From assembly GCA_003222135.1 (NCBI GenBank), contig QHUM01000052.1:5335-69334 (forward strand): a stretch of DNA of 64,000 nt, read 5' to 3'. Within the stretch, counting starts at the first letter, position 1, and each line of letters begins with the position of its first letter. Under the pieces are notes generated by a model. That model saw only the letters and a list, made by a program, of their open reading frames with translations, was not told the origin of the DNA and ran no database searches. Origin of the DNA: Gemmatimonadota bacterium. GTDB lineage: Bacteria; Gemmatimonadota; Gemmatimonadetes; Gemmatimonadales; GWC2-71-9. Both the position numbers and the translations under genes were made by a program. Positions 34,029-42,086 of this stretch are shown piece by piece.

Positions 34029-37000
34029 TTAACGGTTTCGGATGGTAAACGCCTGCAGGGAATCGCCGTTGTTCGCAATCAGCACGGCCTTCCCTGCAGG
34101 CGTTTTGATCAGCGCCAGCCCCGTGACGTCCCCGGGCGCCAGGAAGCCGCTCGCCACCGGCGGGACCGGCGTGAAGTGCCCCCGACCGTCCCCCTTGAGC
34201 CAGAGACCGTTGCCGGCGTCAGCCGGCGTGGTGTTCGGCTCGGTATCGTACAGGTTGCCCGCCACGATCAGGTCGAGGTTTCCATCACCGTCCACGTCGT
34301 GGGCGAGGATGCCGCGGATCGGCGAGATCTGCGCCAGATTGGGCAGCGCTACTGCCGTGAACGTGCCGTCGCCGTTGTTCTGTAGATAGAGGCTGGCAAA
34401 CGTATCCGTCTGATAGTGGAGGGCGTGCTGTAATGGGGCGGCGCCGAACAGCTGTGCGACGGAAGCCGCGGCAAACGACGCGTAGCTCGGGAATCGTAGC
34501 GCAGCCGGATAGATGGTCGGTCCCAATTTCGCCCGCCCGAAGAGAGGATACTCGGTGCCGGCGATCTCCTGTGTCAGGACGATGTCGGTGGTCCGACCCC
34601 CGGTGAAGTCGGCGGCATACACCCCGAACCGGCTGTGCGGCGACGTCGTGTACGAGAAGTTCAGCCCCACATTGCCCGCGACGAGATCGGGATGCCCGTC
34701 GTGATTGAAGTCCCCCGTGGCGAGACTGTACCACCACCCCCGCGTGGGTGGCAGGCCCATGGACGCCGTCACGTTGCGCAATCTGCCGCCCTCGTTGTGG
34801 AAAAACTGCAGCGGCATCCATTCCCCCGCCGTAACCAGGTCCAAACGGCCGTCGCCGTCAAAATCGATCCACACCGCGGCGGTGATCATGCCTCCCCCTC
34901 CCGGGTGGGCCAGCTCCGGGGCCACCTCCTCGGTGACGTCCGTGAACTTGCCGCCGTCGTTGCGTAACAGGTAGCTGCGGGCGGGATAGGGATAGTTTCT
35001 CGGCGCCAGGCGGCCGCCGACGAACAGATCCGGTTTGCCGTCGCCCGTAAAATCCCCGGCCGCTACGGCGGCCGTGCTGGTCGGCATCGCCGGGAGTGCC
35101 TGGCTGTCTCTCACAAACCTGCCGCCTCCCCGGTTGATGTAGAGACGGTCCTGCAACAGACGCGAAACCGGTGAGAGCTGATACCCGCCGCTCGCCACGT
35201 ACAGGTCGGGACGTCCGTCCCCGTTGGCATCGAAGAACACGGCTCCCCAGTCTTCGTACTCCTTGTCGGCTGCCCAGGGCTGCCCCTCGCTGGACTCGAT
35301 GAAGCTGCCGTCCCGCCGTTGGAGGAACAGCCTGCCCGGGACCCCTCGGGCGCCGCCGATGAACACATCGTCCAGGCCGTCGCCGTTCACGTCGGCCACG
35401 GCGATGGGAGGGCCGTGCCGGGACGGCTCGTACGGCAAGAGCGGTTGTACCTCGTAATCGACGAACGCCCCCGTCTGGTGCCGGTATTTCAAGGCCCGAT
35501 CGAGGGGCTCGAAGATGCGGGATGCGTTGTTGCATGTATCACACCTCCCGGCTCCCGCCTCCCGCCTCCCGTGTCTTGCATCCCCCTGCTTCAAGGTCAC
35601 CATCCGATCCACGTCCAGATCCGTCACTACTTGCGACCGCCCGTCCGGCCAAATCACCTCCAGGCTGTCCACGCGCCGGGCATGGCCGAGCCCGAAATGC
35701 TCGCGGGTGTCCATCGTGGACATGTAGCCGCGGTACGGGGAATGGTAGAGGTACTGCTTCTGACCCCCCGCCGTGAGGATCAACGTCGATCCGATGCCCC
35801 GTTTGTTGGGAGACTCGCCGTCCAGTGTGACCTCGAGATAGTGATGGGCGCTGTCCTGCGGCTGGATGTTTTGGTAGATGGACGCGGGCGCGTCGATGTT
35901 GTTGACTACGAGGTCGAGCTTGCCGTCGTTATTGAGATCGGCATATGCCGCGCCGAACGAAAAACCCGGCTGATCCATGCCCCACGCTTTGGTCTTGTCG
36001 GTGAACGTCAGGTCCCCGTTGTTCCGAAAGACATAGTTGGACAGCCGGTAACTGCGCAGGTTCTTGAGGAGCGCCAGCGCCCTCCCATGGTCGCCGGCTC
36101 GGCGCGCCCCGAATGCCGCCGTCTGGTAATCGAGATCATTGGCCGCTTTGGGATAGCCGTTGGTGATGAAGATGTCCTTGTATCCATCGTTGTCGACGTC
36201 GGCGAACAGGGCACTCCAGCTCCAGTCCGTGTACGCCACGCCCGCCAGGCCGGCGATTTCACTGAAGCTGACATCCCCGTTCTGGGCGACGCCGTTGCTC
36301 AATTGCAGCGAGTTGACGTCGTAATCGTCACGAAATCCCCTACGCCGCAGCTCGATGCGACCGCCATAGGTGAGGTACCCGCTCATCCGCTTGCGTTGAT
36401 CCAGGGCCGCCGGCATCATGTCCATCTGCACAATGTCGGGCCAGCCGTCGTTATTGAAATCGGCGATATCGACGCCCATGCCCGCAAAACTCGTATGCTT
36501 GAGCCACGCGCCGGCCCGGTCGGTAAACGTGCCATCGCCGTTGTTGATGTAGAGGACATCATTGGGGGCGACGTCGTTGGAGACGTAGATGTCCGGCCAT
36601 CCATCCCCGTTCACGTCGGCAACCGCTACCCCGAGTCCATACCCGACCTGCTCTAACATCCCGGCTTCCCGGGATACATCCGTAAAGGTCCCATCCCCGT
36701 TGTTGCGATACAGCTTACTGTAGCCGCCGGGGCTGTTACTGCGGACGCCGAGCGGGTGCGTGTCTGCCGCGCCCCGGGCAAAGTCCTTGGGTGAGTTGTT
36801 GAGCAAGAACAGGTCGAGGTATCCATCACCGTTGTAATCAAGGAAGACGGCGTGCGTGGTGAAGCCGGTATCGGCGACGCCGTACCGTGCCGCCGCCTCC
36901 GTGAACGTGTGATCCCCGTTATTGATGAACAACAGGTTGGCCCGATCTTTCCCATGGGACCCCTCGGATCCGGAGACCGAGACGTAGATGTCCAGATAGC

Positions 37001-37373
37001 CGTCGTTATTGATGTCCACCATGGTGGCGCCGGTGGCCCACCTGCTGGTCTTGATTCCCGCTCGTTCCGTGATGTCTTCGAACCGCAGGTCGCCTTTGTT
37101 CACGTACAGGCGGCTCGAAACCATGTTGCCGCTGAAGAACAGGTCCGGCAATCCGTCGTTATCGATGTCCCCGACGGCCACCCCCGCGCCGTTGTACACG
37201 TAGGGGTCGGTCTGAACATTCACCGAGTCGTTGGTGGTGATGGTATTGGCGAACGTGACGCCGGTGCGATCCGGGGACAACCGCTGGAACAGCGGCGGCT
37301 GTTGCGGTTGACGACTACATCCCTCGGACAAGAGCAGTGGGATGAACAGGGGGAGCAGCGGTCCGGACCTCAC
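34029..37373 (-). CDS. CRTAC1-family lipoprotein (FG-GAP/VCBS repeats - ASPIC/UnbV - second FG-GAP block), paralog 1
   Basis: GTG 37373 forms GTGA with the upstream MFS stop. VNVRSGPLLPLFIPLLLSEGC (lipobox). Repeats include GDIDNDGLPDLFFSGN, VDINNDGYLDIYV, LDYNGDGYLDLFL and ADVNGDGWPDIYVSN. ASPIC block NKRGIGSTLILTAGG...LEVIWPDG, followed by further FG-GAP units. Track ORF 34029-37928 is over-extended into the MFS gene. Confidence 0.88.
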   Translation of the reverse strand: MRSGPLLPLFIPLLLSEGCSRQPQQPPLFQRLSPDRTGVTFANTITTNDSVNVQTDPYVYNGAGVAVGDIDNDGLPDLFFSGNMVSSRLYVNKGDLRFEDITERAGIKTSRWATGATMVDINNDGYLDIYVSVSGSEGSHGKDRANLLFINNGDHTFTEAAARYGVADTGFTTHAVFLDYNGDGYLDLFLLNNSPKDFARGAADTHPLGVRSNSPGGYSKLYRNNGDGTFTDVSREAGMLEQVGYGLGVAVADVNGDGWPDIYVSNDVAPNDVLYINNGDGTFTDRAGAWLKHTSFAGMGVDIADFNNDGWPDIVQMDMMPAALDQRKRMSGYLTYGGRIELRRRGFRDDYDVNSLQLSNGVAQNGDVSFSEIAGLAGVAYTDWSWSALFADVDNDGYKDIFITNGYPKAANDLDYQTAAFGARRAGDHGRALALLKNLRSYRLSNYVFRNNGDLTFTDKTKAWGMDQPGFSFGAAYADLNNDGKLDLVVNNIDAPASIYQNIQPQDSAHHYLEVTLDGESPNKRGIGSTLILTAGGQKQYLYHSPYRGYMSTMDTREHFGLGHARRVDSLEVIWPDGRSQVVTDLDVDRMVTLKQGDARHGRREAGAGRCDTCNNASRIFEPLDRALKYRHQTGAFVDYEVQPLLPYEPSRHGPPIAVADVNGDGLDDVFIGGARGVPGRLFLQRRDGSFIESSEGQPWAADKEYEDWGAVFFDANGDGRPDLYVASGGYQLSPVSRLLQDRLYINRGGGRFVRDSQALPAMPTSTAAVAAGDFTGDGKPDLFVGGRLAPRNYPYPARSYLLRNDGGKFTDVTEEVAPELAHPGGGGMITAAVWIDFDGDGRLDLVTAGEWMPLQFFHNEGGRLRNVTASMGLPPTRGWWYSLATGDFNHDGHPDLVAGNVGLNFSYTTSPHSRFGVYAADFTGGRTTDIVLTQEIAGTEYPLFGRAKLGPTIYPAALRFPSYASFAAASVAQLFGAAPLQHALHYQTDTFASLYLQNNGDGTFTAVALPNLAQISPIRGILAHDVDGDGNLDLIVAGNLYDTEPNTTPADAGNGLWLKGDGRGHFTPVPPVASGFLAPGDVTGLALIKTPAGKAVLIANNGDSLQAFTIRNR
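35544..35571 (-). repeat. Four tandem heptamers (CCTCCCG/GCTCCCG on plus strand) inside the CRTAC1 paralog-1 linker
   Basis: cctcccg gctcccg cctcccg cctcccg, encoding ...HGRREAGAGRC... between the ASPIC block and the second FG-GAP block. Confidence 0.6.
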
Positions 37374-38695
37374 GTTGACGGGCCCGCCGTGGCCCCCACG
37401 TCGCGCACCAGCCCAACGCAGGCGGCCGCCGCCAGCAGACAGACGCCCCCCAGCATCACCACGTCCAGCGGCGCGTTGGGGTTGCCCGCGCCGAACACCA
37501 GCCGGATGAGCGGCCCGAAGCCGATCGCGGCTACGATCTCCGGGATGACGATGAAGAAGTTGAACACGCCCATGTAGACGCCCATCCGCTGGGGCGGCAC
37601 GGCGGTGGAGAGGATCGCGTACGGCATCGACAGGATGGACGCCCACGCGATTCCCACGCCCACCATGCTGAGCGGCAGCAGATACTTGTCGTGAATCAGG
37701 TAGAGCGAGAGCAACCCCGCCCCCCCGCACACGAGCGCGGCGGCGTGCACCGTCTTGCGGCTGGTGCGCTGGGCGAGTTGCGGCAGCACGAGCGCTACCA
37801 GGAAGCAGGTGATCGAATAGAACGCGAAGGTGAAGCCGCCCCACTCGATGCCCTGGGTGTAGCGCGCCGACTGGGGATCGGTGGCCCCGAACACGTGCCG
37901 CGCCGTAGCGGGCACGAAGAAGAGCCACATGCAGAACAGGCCAAGCCAGGTGAAGAGCTGGACCACGGCGAGCTGCCGCATCGTGGCGGGCATCTCGCGA
38001 ATGGACGCGACGATCTCGGCGACGAGCGGTCTAAGCCCGAGCCGGCCCCGCCGCGCGCGGTCCCACGCGGCCGGGTCCTCCGGCGGGAACTCGCTGGTCG
38101 TCACGATCGTCCACAGCACGGCGAGGAAGAAGACCACCGCGCCGACCTGAAAGGAGTACTTCACCGACAGCGGGACACCACCGACCGTGCTCCCCTGCAC
38201 GCCCATCCAGCTGAACACGAGCGGCAGGGCGTTGGCCAGGCTGGCGCCCACGCCGATGAAGAATGACTGCATCACGAACCCGGCGGTCCGCTGGGACACG
38301 GCGAGCTTGTCGGCGACGAACGCGCGGAACGGCTCCATCGAGATGTTGATGGAGGCATCGAGGATCCAGAGCAGCGACGCGGCCGTCCACAACGCGCTCG
38401 AGGTGGGCATGACGAAGAGCGCGATCGAGGCCAGCACGGCACCGGTGAGGAAGTAGGGACGGCGGCGCCCCAGCCGTCCCCACGTCCGGTCGCTCAAGGC
38501 CCCGACGATCGGCTGCACCAGGAGCCCCGTGAGCGGCGCGGCCAGCCACAACAGCGGCACCTGGTCCGATCGGGCGCCCAGCCGCTCGTACACCGCCGAC
38601 ATGTTGGCGAGCTGCAGCCCCCAGCCGAACTGGATGCCGAGGAATCCGAAGCTCATGTTGAACATCTGCCAGAACCGCAAACGCGGCCGTTCCAT
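37370..38695 (-). CDS. MFS sugar:H+ symporter, SLC45/sucrose-maltose-transporter-like (GPH-related)
   Basis: ATG 38695 gives MERPRLRFWQMFNMSFGFLGIQFGWGLQ. Signature loop GALSDRTWGRLGRRRPYFL (the D-R-x-GRRRP motif of SUT/SLC45 carriers). 12 TM segments. Track ORF 37370-39502 is over-extended. Confidence 0.88.
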   Translation of the reverse strand: MERPRLRFWQMFNMSFGFLGIQFGWGLQLANMSAVYERLGARSDQVPLLWLAAPLTGLLVQPIVGALSDRTWGRLGRRRPYFLTGAVLASIALFVMPTSSALWTAASLLWILDASINISMEPFRAFVADKLAVSQRTAGFVMQSFFIGVGASLANALPLVFSWMGVQGSTVGGVPLSVKYSFQVGAVVFFLAVLWTIVTTSEFPPEDPAAWDRARRGRLGLRPLVAEIVASIREMPATMRQLAVVQLFTWLGLFCMWLFFVPATARHVFGATDPQSARYTQGIEWGGFTFAFYSITCFLVALVLPQLAQRTSRKTVHAAALVCGGAGLLSLYLIHDKYLLPLSMVGVGIAWASILSMPYAILSTAVPPQRMGVYMGVFNFFIVIPEIVAAIGFGPLIRLVFGAGNPNAPLDVVMLGGVCLLAAAACVGLVRDVGATAGPST

Positions 38696-38709
38696 GGGCA
38701 CGAAGCCGT

Positions 38710-41700
38710 TCACCGGAGTGGGCGCAGAATCTGCAGCTTGTCGTCGTTGCGCGCCACGACGATCAGACGGCTGCCGTCGGCCCGCTGCACGAGCCCCAGG
38801 TGCCGCACCTGCCCGGCGATCATGAGACCGCTCTGCTCCACGTCGACCGCTGCGAAGCGACCGTCGCCCGTGCCGGAGAGCAGCAGGCCGAAGCTCGCGT
38901 CGTAGCGTCCGAGCGCGGGCTGCACGCCGTAGAGGTTCCCCGCGAGCAGCAGATCGGTGTGCCCGTCGCCGTCCCAGTCTGCCGCGAGCGAGGCATAGAC
39001 GGGTGCGAACTGCGCTTCGACGGGGAGCGGCCGGAGCGTGAACGTGCCGTCTCCGTTGTTCAGCGCGATCGAGCTCGCGAACACACGTGCTTCCAGCACC
39101 GTGGCCTGCTTCAGCGTCGACGCCGGGAAAATGTCGTCGAGGCGGCTGGCGCCGAAGTCGGCATACGACGGGTAGCGGCTGCCGAGCTGCGGGATCAGGC
39201 GGACCAGCTCGTCTCGGCCCACGAGCGGGTAGCTCACGCCGTGCTGGTAGAACGTGAGGATCTGCTCCAGCGTGCCGGTGTGGCCGAAGTCGTGCACGTA
39301 CAACCGCGCGGGCTCGGTGGGGGATGCCCGGAGGTAGGAGTTGAGCCCCAGGTTGCCGAGCACGAGATCGTCGCGGCCGTCGCCGTTCACGTCGACTGGC
39401 AGGACGCTGTTCCACCAGCCCTCCGTTCCCGCGAGCCCGGCCTCTCGGGTCCGGTCCACGAACCGGCCGTCCTCCTGATGGAACACGCGAACCGCCATCC
39501 ACTCACCCGTGACGATCAAGTCGAGCCGGCCGTCGTGGTCGTAGTCGATCCAGGTCGCCGCGGTGACCATCCCCACCTGGGCGAGCGCCGGAGCCTTCTC
39601 GAGCGTGACGTCGCGGAAATGTCCCGTGCCGTCGTTCTCGAGCAGATAGCTGCGGGGCGCCAGACCGTACTTGCCCGCGACGACCCGCCTGCCCACGAAC
39701 AGGTCGGGATGGCCGTCGCCGTTGTAATCGCCCACCGCGACGCACGAGCCGGTCTCCAAAACCCGGGGGAGGGCCGCCGCATCCCGGTGGAAATTCCCGT
39801 GGCCGTCGTTGACGTAGAGTCGGTCCTGGAGCGCAGCGTGATCTCCCCAGAACTCGTTGCCGCCGCTCACGACGTACAGATCGGGATGGCCGTCGCCGTT
39901 GGCATCGAAGAAGGTCGCGGCGACGTCCTCGGATAGGCTGTCGGTCTGGAATGCGGGCTCTGCGCTTCGGCGGAACGTCCCGTCCCGCTGCTGGACGAAG
40001 AGTGCGCCGGCTTGCCATTTGGCGCCGCCGACGTAGATGTCGTCCAGCCCGTCGCCGTTCACGTCCGCGACCGCCAGGGCAGGGCCTTCGCGCGACAGCA
40101 CGTGGGGAACGAGCGGCTCGCGGCTGTAGTCGTAGAACGAGTTCTCCTGGTGCTGGAAATCGAGGGCGACCCGGTCCGTCACGTCGGCGAACAGCGGCCG
40201 CGCGGCCCCGCGCGGATACCTATACCGCCCAGCGGCATCCCCCTGCGAGAGCGTGAGCGTGCGGTCGGCGGGCACGTGCGTCAGCACCTGATAGCGCCGA
40301 TCGGGCCAGATGACGGTCAGCGAGTCGATCTGCGTCGCCGCGCCGAGCCCGAAGTGCAGGCGCGGATCGACCGAGGATTCGAAGCCGCGGGTGGGCATTT
40401 GCTCCACGAGCTGGGTCGTGCCGTGCTGCCTGACGATGACCTTCGCGCCGATCCCTCCGGTGTTGGCTCCAGAGCCGCGGAGCGCGACGGTCAGATAGGC
40501 GTTGTGGTTGATCTCGCGCGCGTGGTTGCGGTAGATCGCGGCGGGGGCGTTGAGGTTGTTCACGACCAAGTCGAGCGCGCCGCTGTTGTTCAGGTCGGCG
40601 TACACGGCGCCGTTCGTGAACCCGGGCTGCGCCAGGCCCCAGGCCTTCGCCATGTTCGTGAACGTCAGGTCGCCGTTGTTGCGATAGGCGTAGTTCGCGA
40701 TGGGGACGTGGGGCATCAGATGCGTCAGGCGCCGCAGCAGCCCCGAGCTGATGCCGGTCGCCAGAGCAGCCTGGATGGCGGGGTCGCGCACCGCTGCGAG
40801 GTAGTCGAGGTCGTTGGGCCGGCGATAGATGCCGTTGGTAATGAAGAGGTCTTTGTTCCCGTCGTTGTCCAGGTCCGCGAACAGGGGCGCCCAGCTCCAG
40901 TCGGTCGCGTGCACGCCGGCCAGATAGCCGATCTCGCTGAAGCGCACCGCTCCTCCCACCGGGCCGCGGTTGAGCTGCAGGGTGTTGCGGGCGTACTGCG
41001 GGTAGTAGCCGGCTTGCTCCTTCATGTGTTCGATCGGCCACGGGTCGGCGTTGACGGAGGTCTTGAGGACGTCCTCTCGCTCGGGCAGCATGTCGAGCAC
41101 CATCAGGTCGGGTCGCCCGTCGTTGTTGTAGTCGGCGACATCGACGCCCATAGAGGCATGGCTGGTGTGCCCCAGCGCCGTGGCGCCGGACTCGGTAAAC
41201 GTGCCGTCACAGTTGTTGATGTAGAGAAAGTCGTCCTCCTGGAAGTCATTGGCGACGTACAGGTCGGGGCAGCCATCGAGGTTCACGTCGCTCGCGACCA
41301 CGCCCAGGCCGTACCCCTCGACGCCCCCGTAGATGTGGGCTTGGGCGCTCACATCCACGAAATGGCCCCCGTCGTTGCGGAACAGCCGGTCGCCGGCCCG
41401 AGGATGGCGTGGCTCGCGCTGCGGGTGCGCGCGCTGCCCGCGCTCGGCGTGGGTGGAGTAGTTGAGGAGGTACATGTCCAGGTCGCCGTCGCCATCGTAG
41501 TCGAAGAACACGGCCTGGGTGGAGTAGCCGGCGAAGTCGAGCCCGTACTCTTTGGTCCGGTCGGTGAAGGTGCCGTCCCCGTTGTTGATGTAGAGCACGT
41601 TGTGGCCGTGCATCGTGAGAGAGCTCATGGCAGAGACGTAGATGTCCAGGCGCCCGTCGCCGTTGACGTCGGCCATGGTGACGCCGGTCTTCCAGCCAGC

Positions 41701-42081
41701 GGGATCCGCCACGCCGGCGCGCTCGGTGACGTCCTCGAACCGGTAGTTCCCCAGGTTCCGGTACAGCCGATTGGGACCCACGTTCGAGGTGAAGTAGAGA
41801 TCCGGAAGCCCGTCGCCGTCGACATCGCCCACGGCGACACCGCCGCCGTCGTAGTAGTTGAGGAAGTTGATGATGTTGAGCGCGGTATCTTGCTCCGGGA
41901 CTGCGTTGACGAACGTGACGCCGGTGGCGCTGGGGGGCAGGAGCTCGAACAGCGGCGGGGCGTGCGCGCTCCGGCCACAGGCGGCCAGCAGCAGAAGCAA
42001 ACGCGGAACGCGGAAGTCGGAACGGGGAACTCGGAGCGTCTTTCGCGCCCCGGTTCCGCGTTCCGCGTTCCGCGCTCCCAC
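38710..42081 (-). CDS. CRTAC1-family lipoprotein, paralog 2
   Basis: ...RVPRLLLLLAAC (lipobox), then PLFELLPPSATGVTFVNAV, GDVDGDGLPDLYFTSN and many FG-GAP units. ASPIC block TGGIGAKVIVRQHG...LTVIWPDR, then a second FG-GAP block. The only upstream in-frame starts are GTG 42081 (preferred, because it supplies a charged n-region) and TTG 42000. Confidence 0.85.
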   Translation of the reverse strand: MGARNAERGTGARKTLRVPRSDFRVPRLLLLLAACGRSAHAPPLFELLPPSATGVTFVNAVPEQDTALNIINFLNYYDGGGVAVGDVDGDGLPDLYFTSNVGPNRLYRNLGNYRFEDVTERAGVADPAGWKTGVTMADVNGDGRLDIYVSAMSSLTMHGHNVLYINNGDGTFTDRTKEYGLDFAGYSTQAVFFDYDGDGDLDMYLLNYSTHAERGQRAHPQREPRHPRAGDRLFRNDGGHFVDVSAQAHIYGGVEGYGLGVVASDVNLDGCPDLYVANDFQEDDFLYINNCDGTFTESGATALGHTSHASMGVDVADYNNDGRPDLMVLDMLPEREDVLKTSVNADPWPIEHMKEQAGYYPQYARNTLQLNRGPVGGAVRFSEIGYLAGVHATDWSWAPLFADLDNDGNKDLFITNGIYRRPNDLDYLAAVRDPAIQAALATGISSGLLRRLTHLMPHVPIANYAYRNNGDLTFTNMAKAWGLAQPGFTNGAVYADLNNSGALDLVVNNLNAPAAIYRNHAREINHNAYLTVALRGSGANTGGIGAKVIVRQHGTTQLVEQMPTRGFESSVDPRLHFGLGAATQIDSLTVIWPDRRYQVLTHVPADRTLTLSQGDAAGRYRYPRGAARPLFADVTDRVALDFQHQENSFYDYSREPLVPHVLSREGPALAVADVNGDGLDDIYVGGAKWQAGALFVQQRDGTFRRSAEPAFQTDSLSEDVAATFFDANGDGHPDLYVVSGGNEFWGDHAALQDRLYVNDGHGNFHRDAAALPRVLETGSCVAVGDYNGDGHPDLFVGRRVVAGKYGLAPRSYLLENDGTGHFRDVTLEKAPALAQVGMVTAATWIDYDHDGRLDLIVTGEWMAVRVFHQEDGRFVDRTREAGLAGTEGWWNSVLPVDVNGDGRDDLVLGNLGLNSYLRASPTEPARLYVHDFGHTGTLEQILTFYQHGVSYPLVGRDELVRLIPQLGSRYPSYADFGASRLDDIFPASTLKQATVLEARVFASSIALNNGDGTFTLRPLPVEAQFAPVYASLAADWDGDGHTDLLLAGNLYGVQPALGRYDASFGLLLSGTGDGRFAAVDVEQSGLMIAGQVRHLGLVQRADGSRLIVVARNDDKLQILRPLR
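42001..42075 (-). repeat. Heptamer-repeat inverted structure (15-bp perfect stem) at the GH97/CRTAC1 junction
   Basis: Plus strand: (CGCGGAA)x2 plus three degenerate units (42002-42036), then (TTCCGCG)x3 (42054-42074). 42001-42015 is the exact reverse complement of 42054-42068. Confidence 0.7.
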
Positions 42082-42086
42082 TTGCC

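Noticed and set aside
42001-42075. Short tandem/inverted repeats here and at 35544-35571 and 48030-48051, considered as a CRISPR array or minisatellite.
   Set aside because: The units are 7-9 nt with no spacers of CRISPR size, and there are no cas genes. They are better described as local structure-forming repeats and are reported as such.
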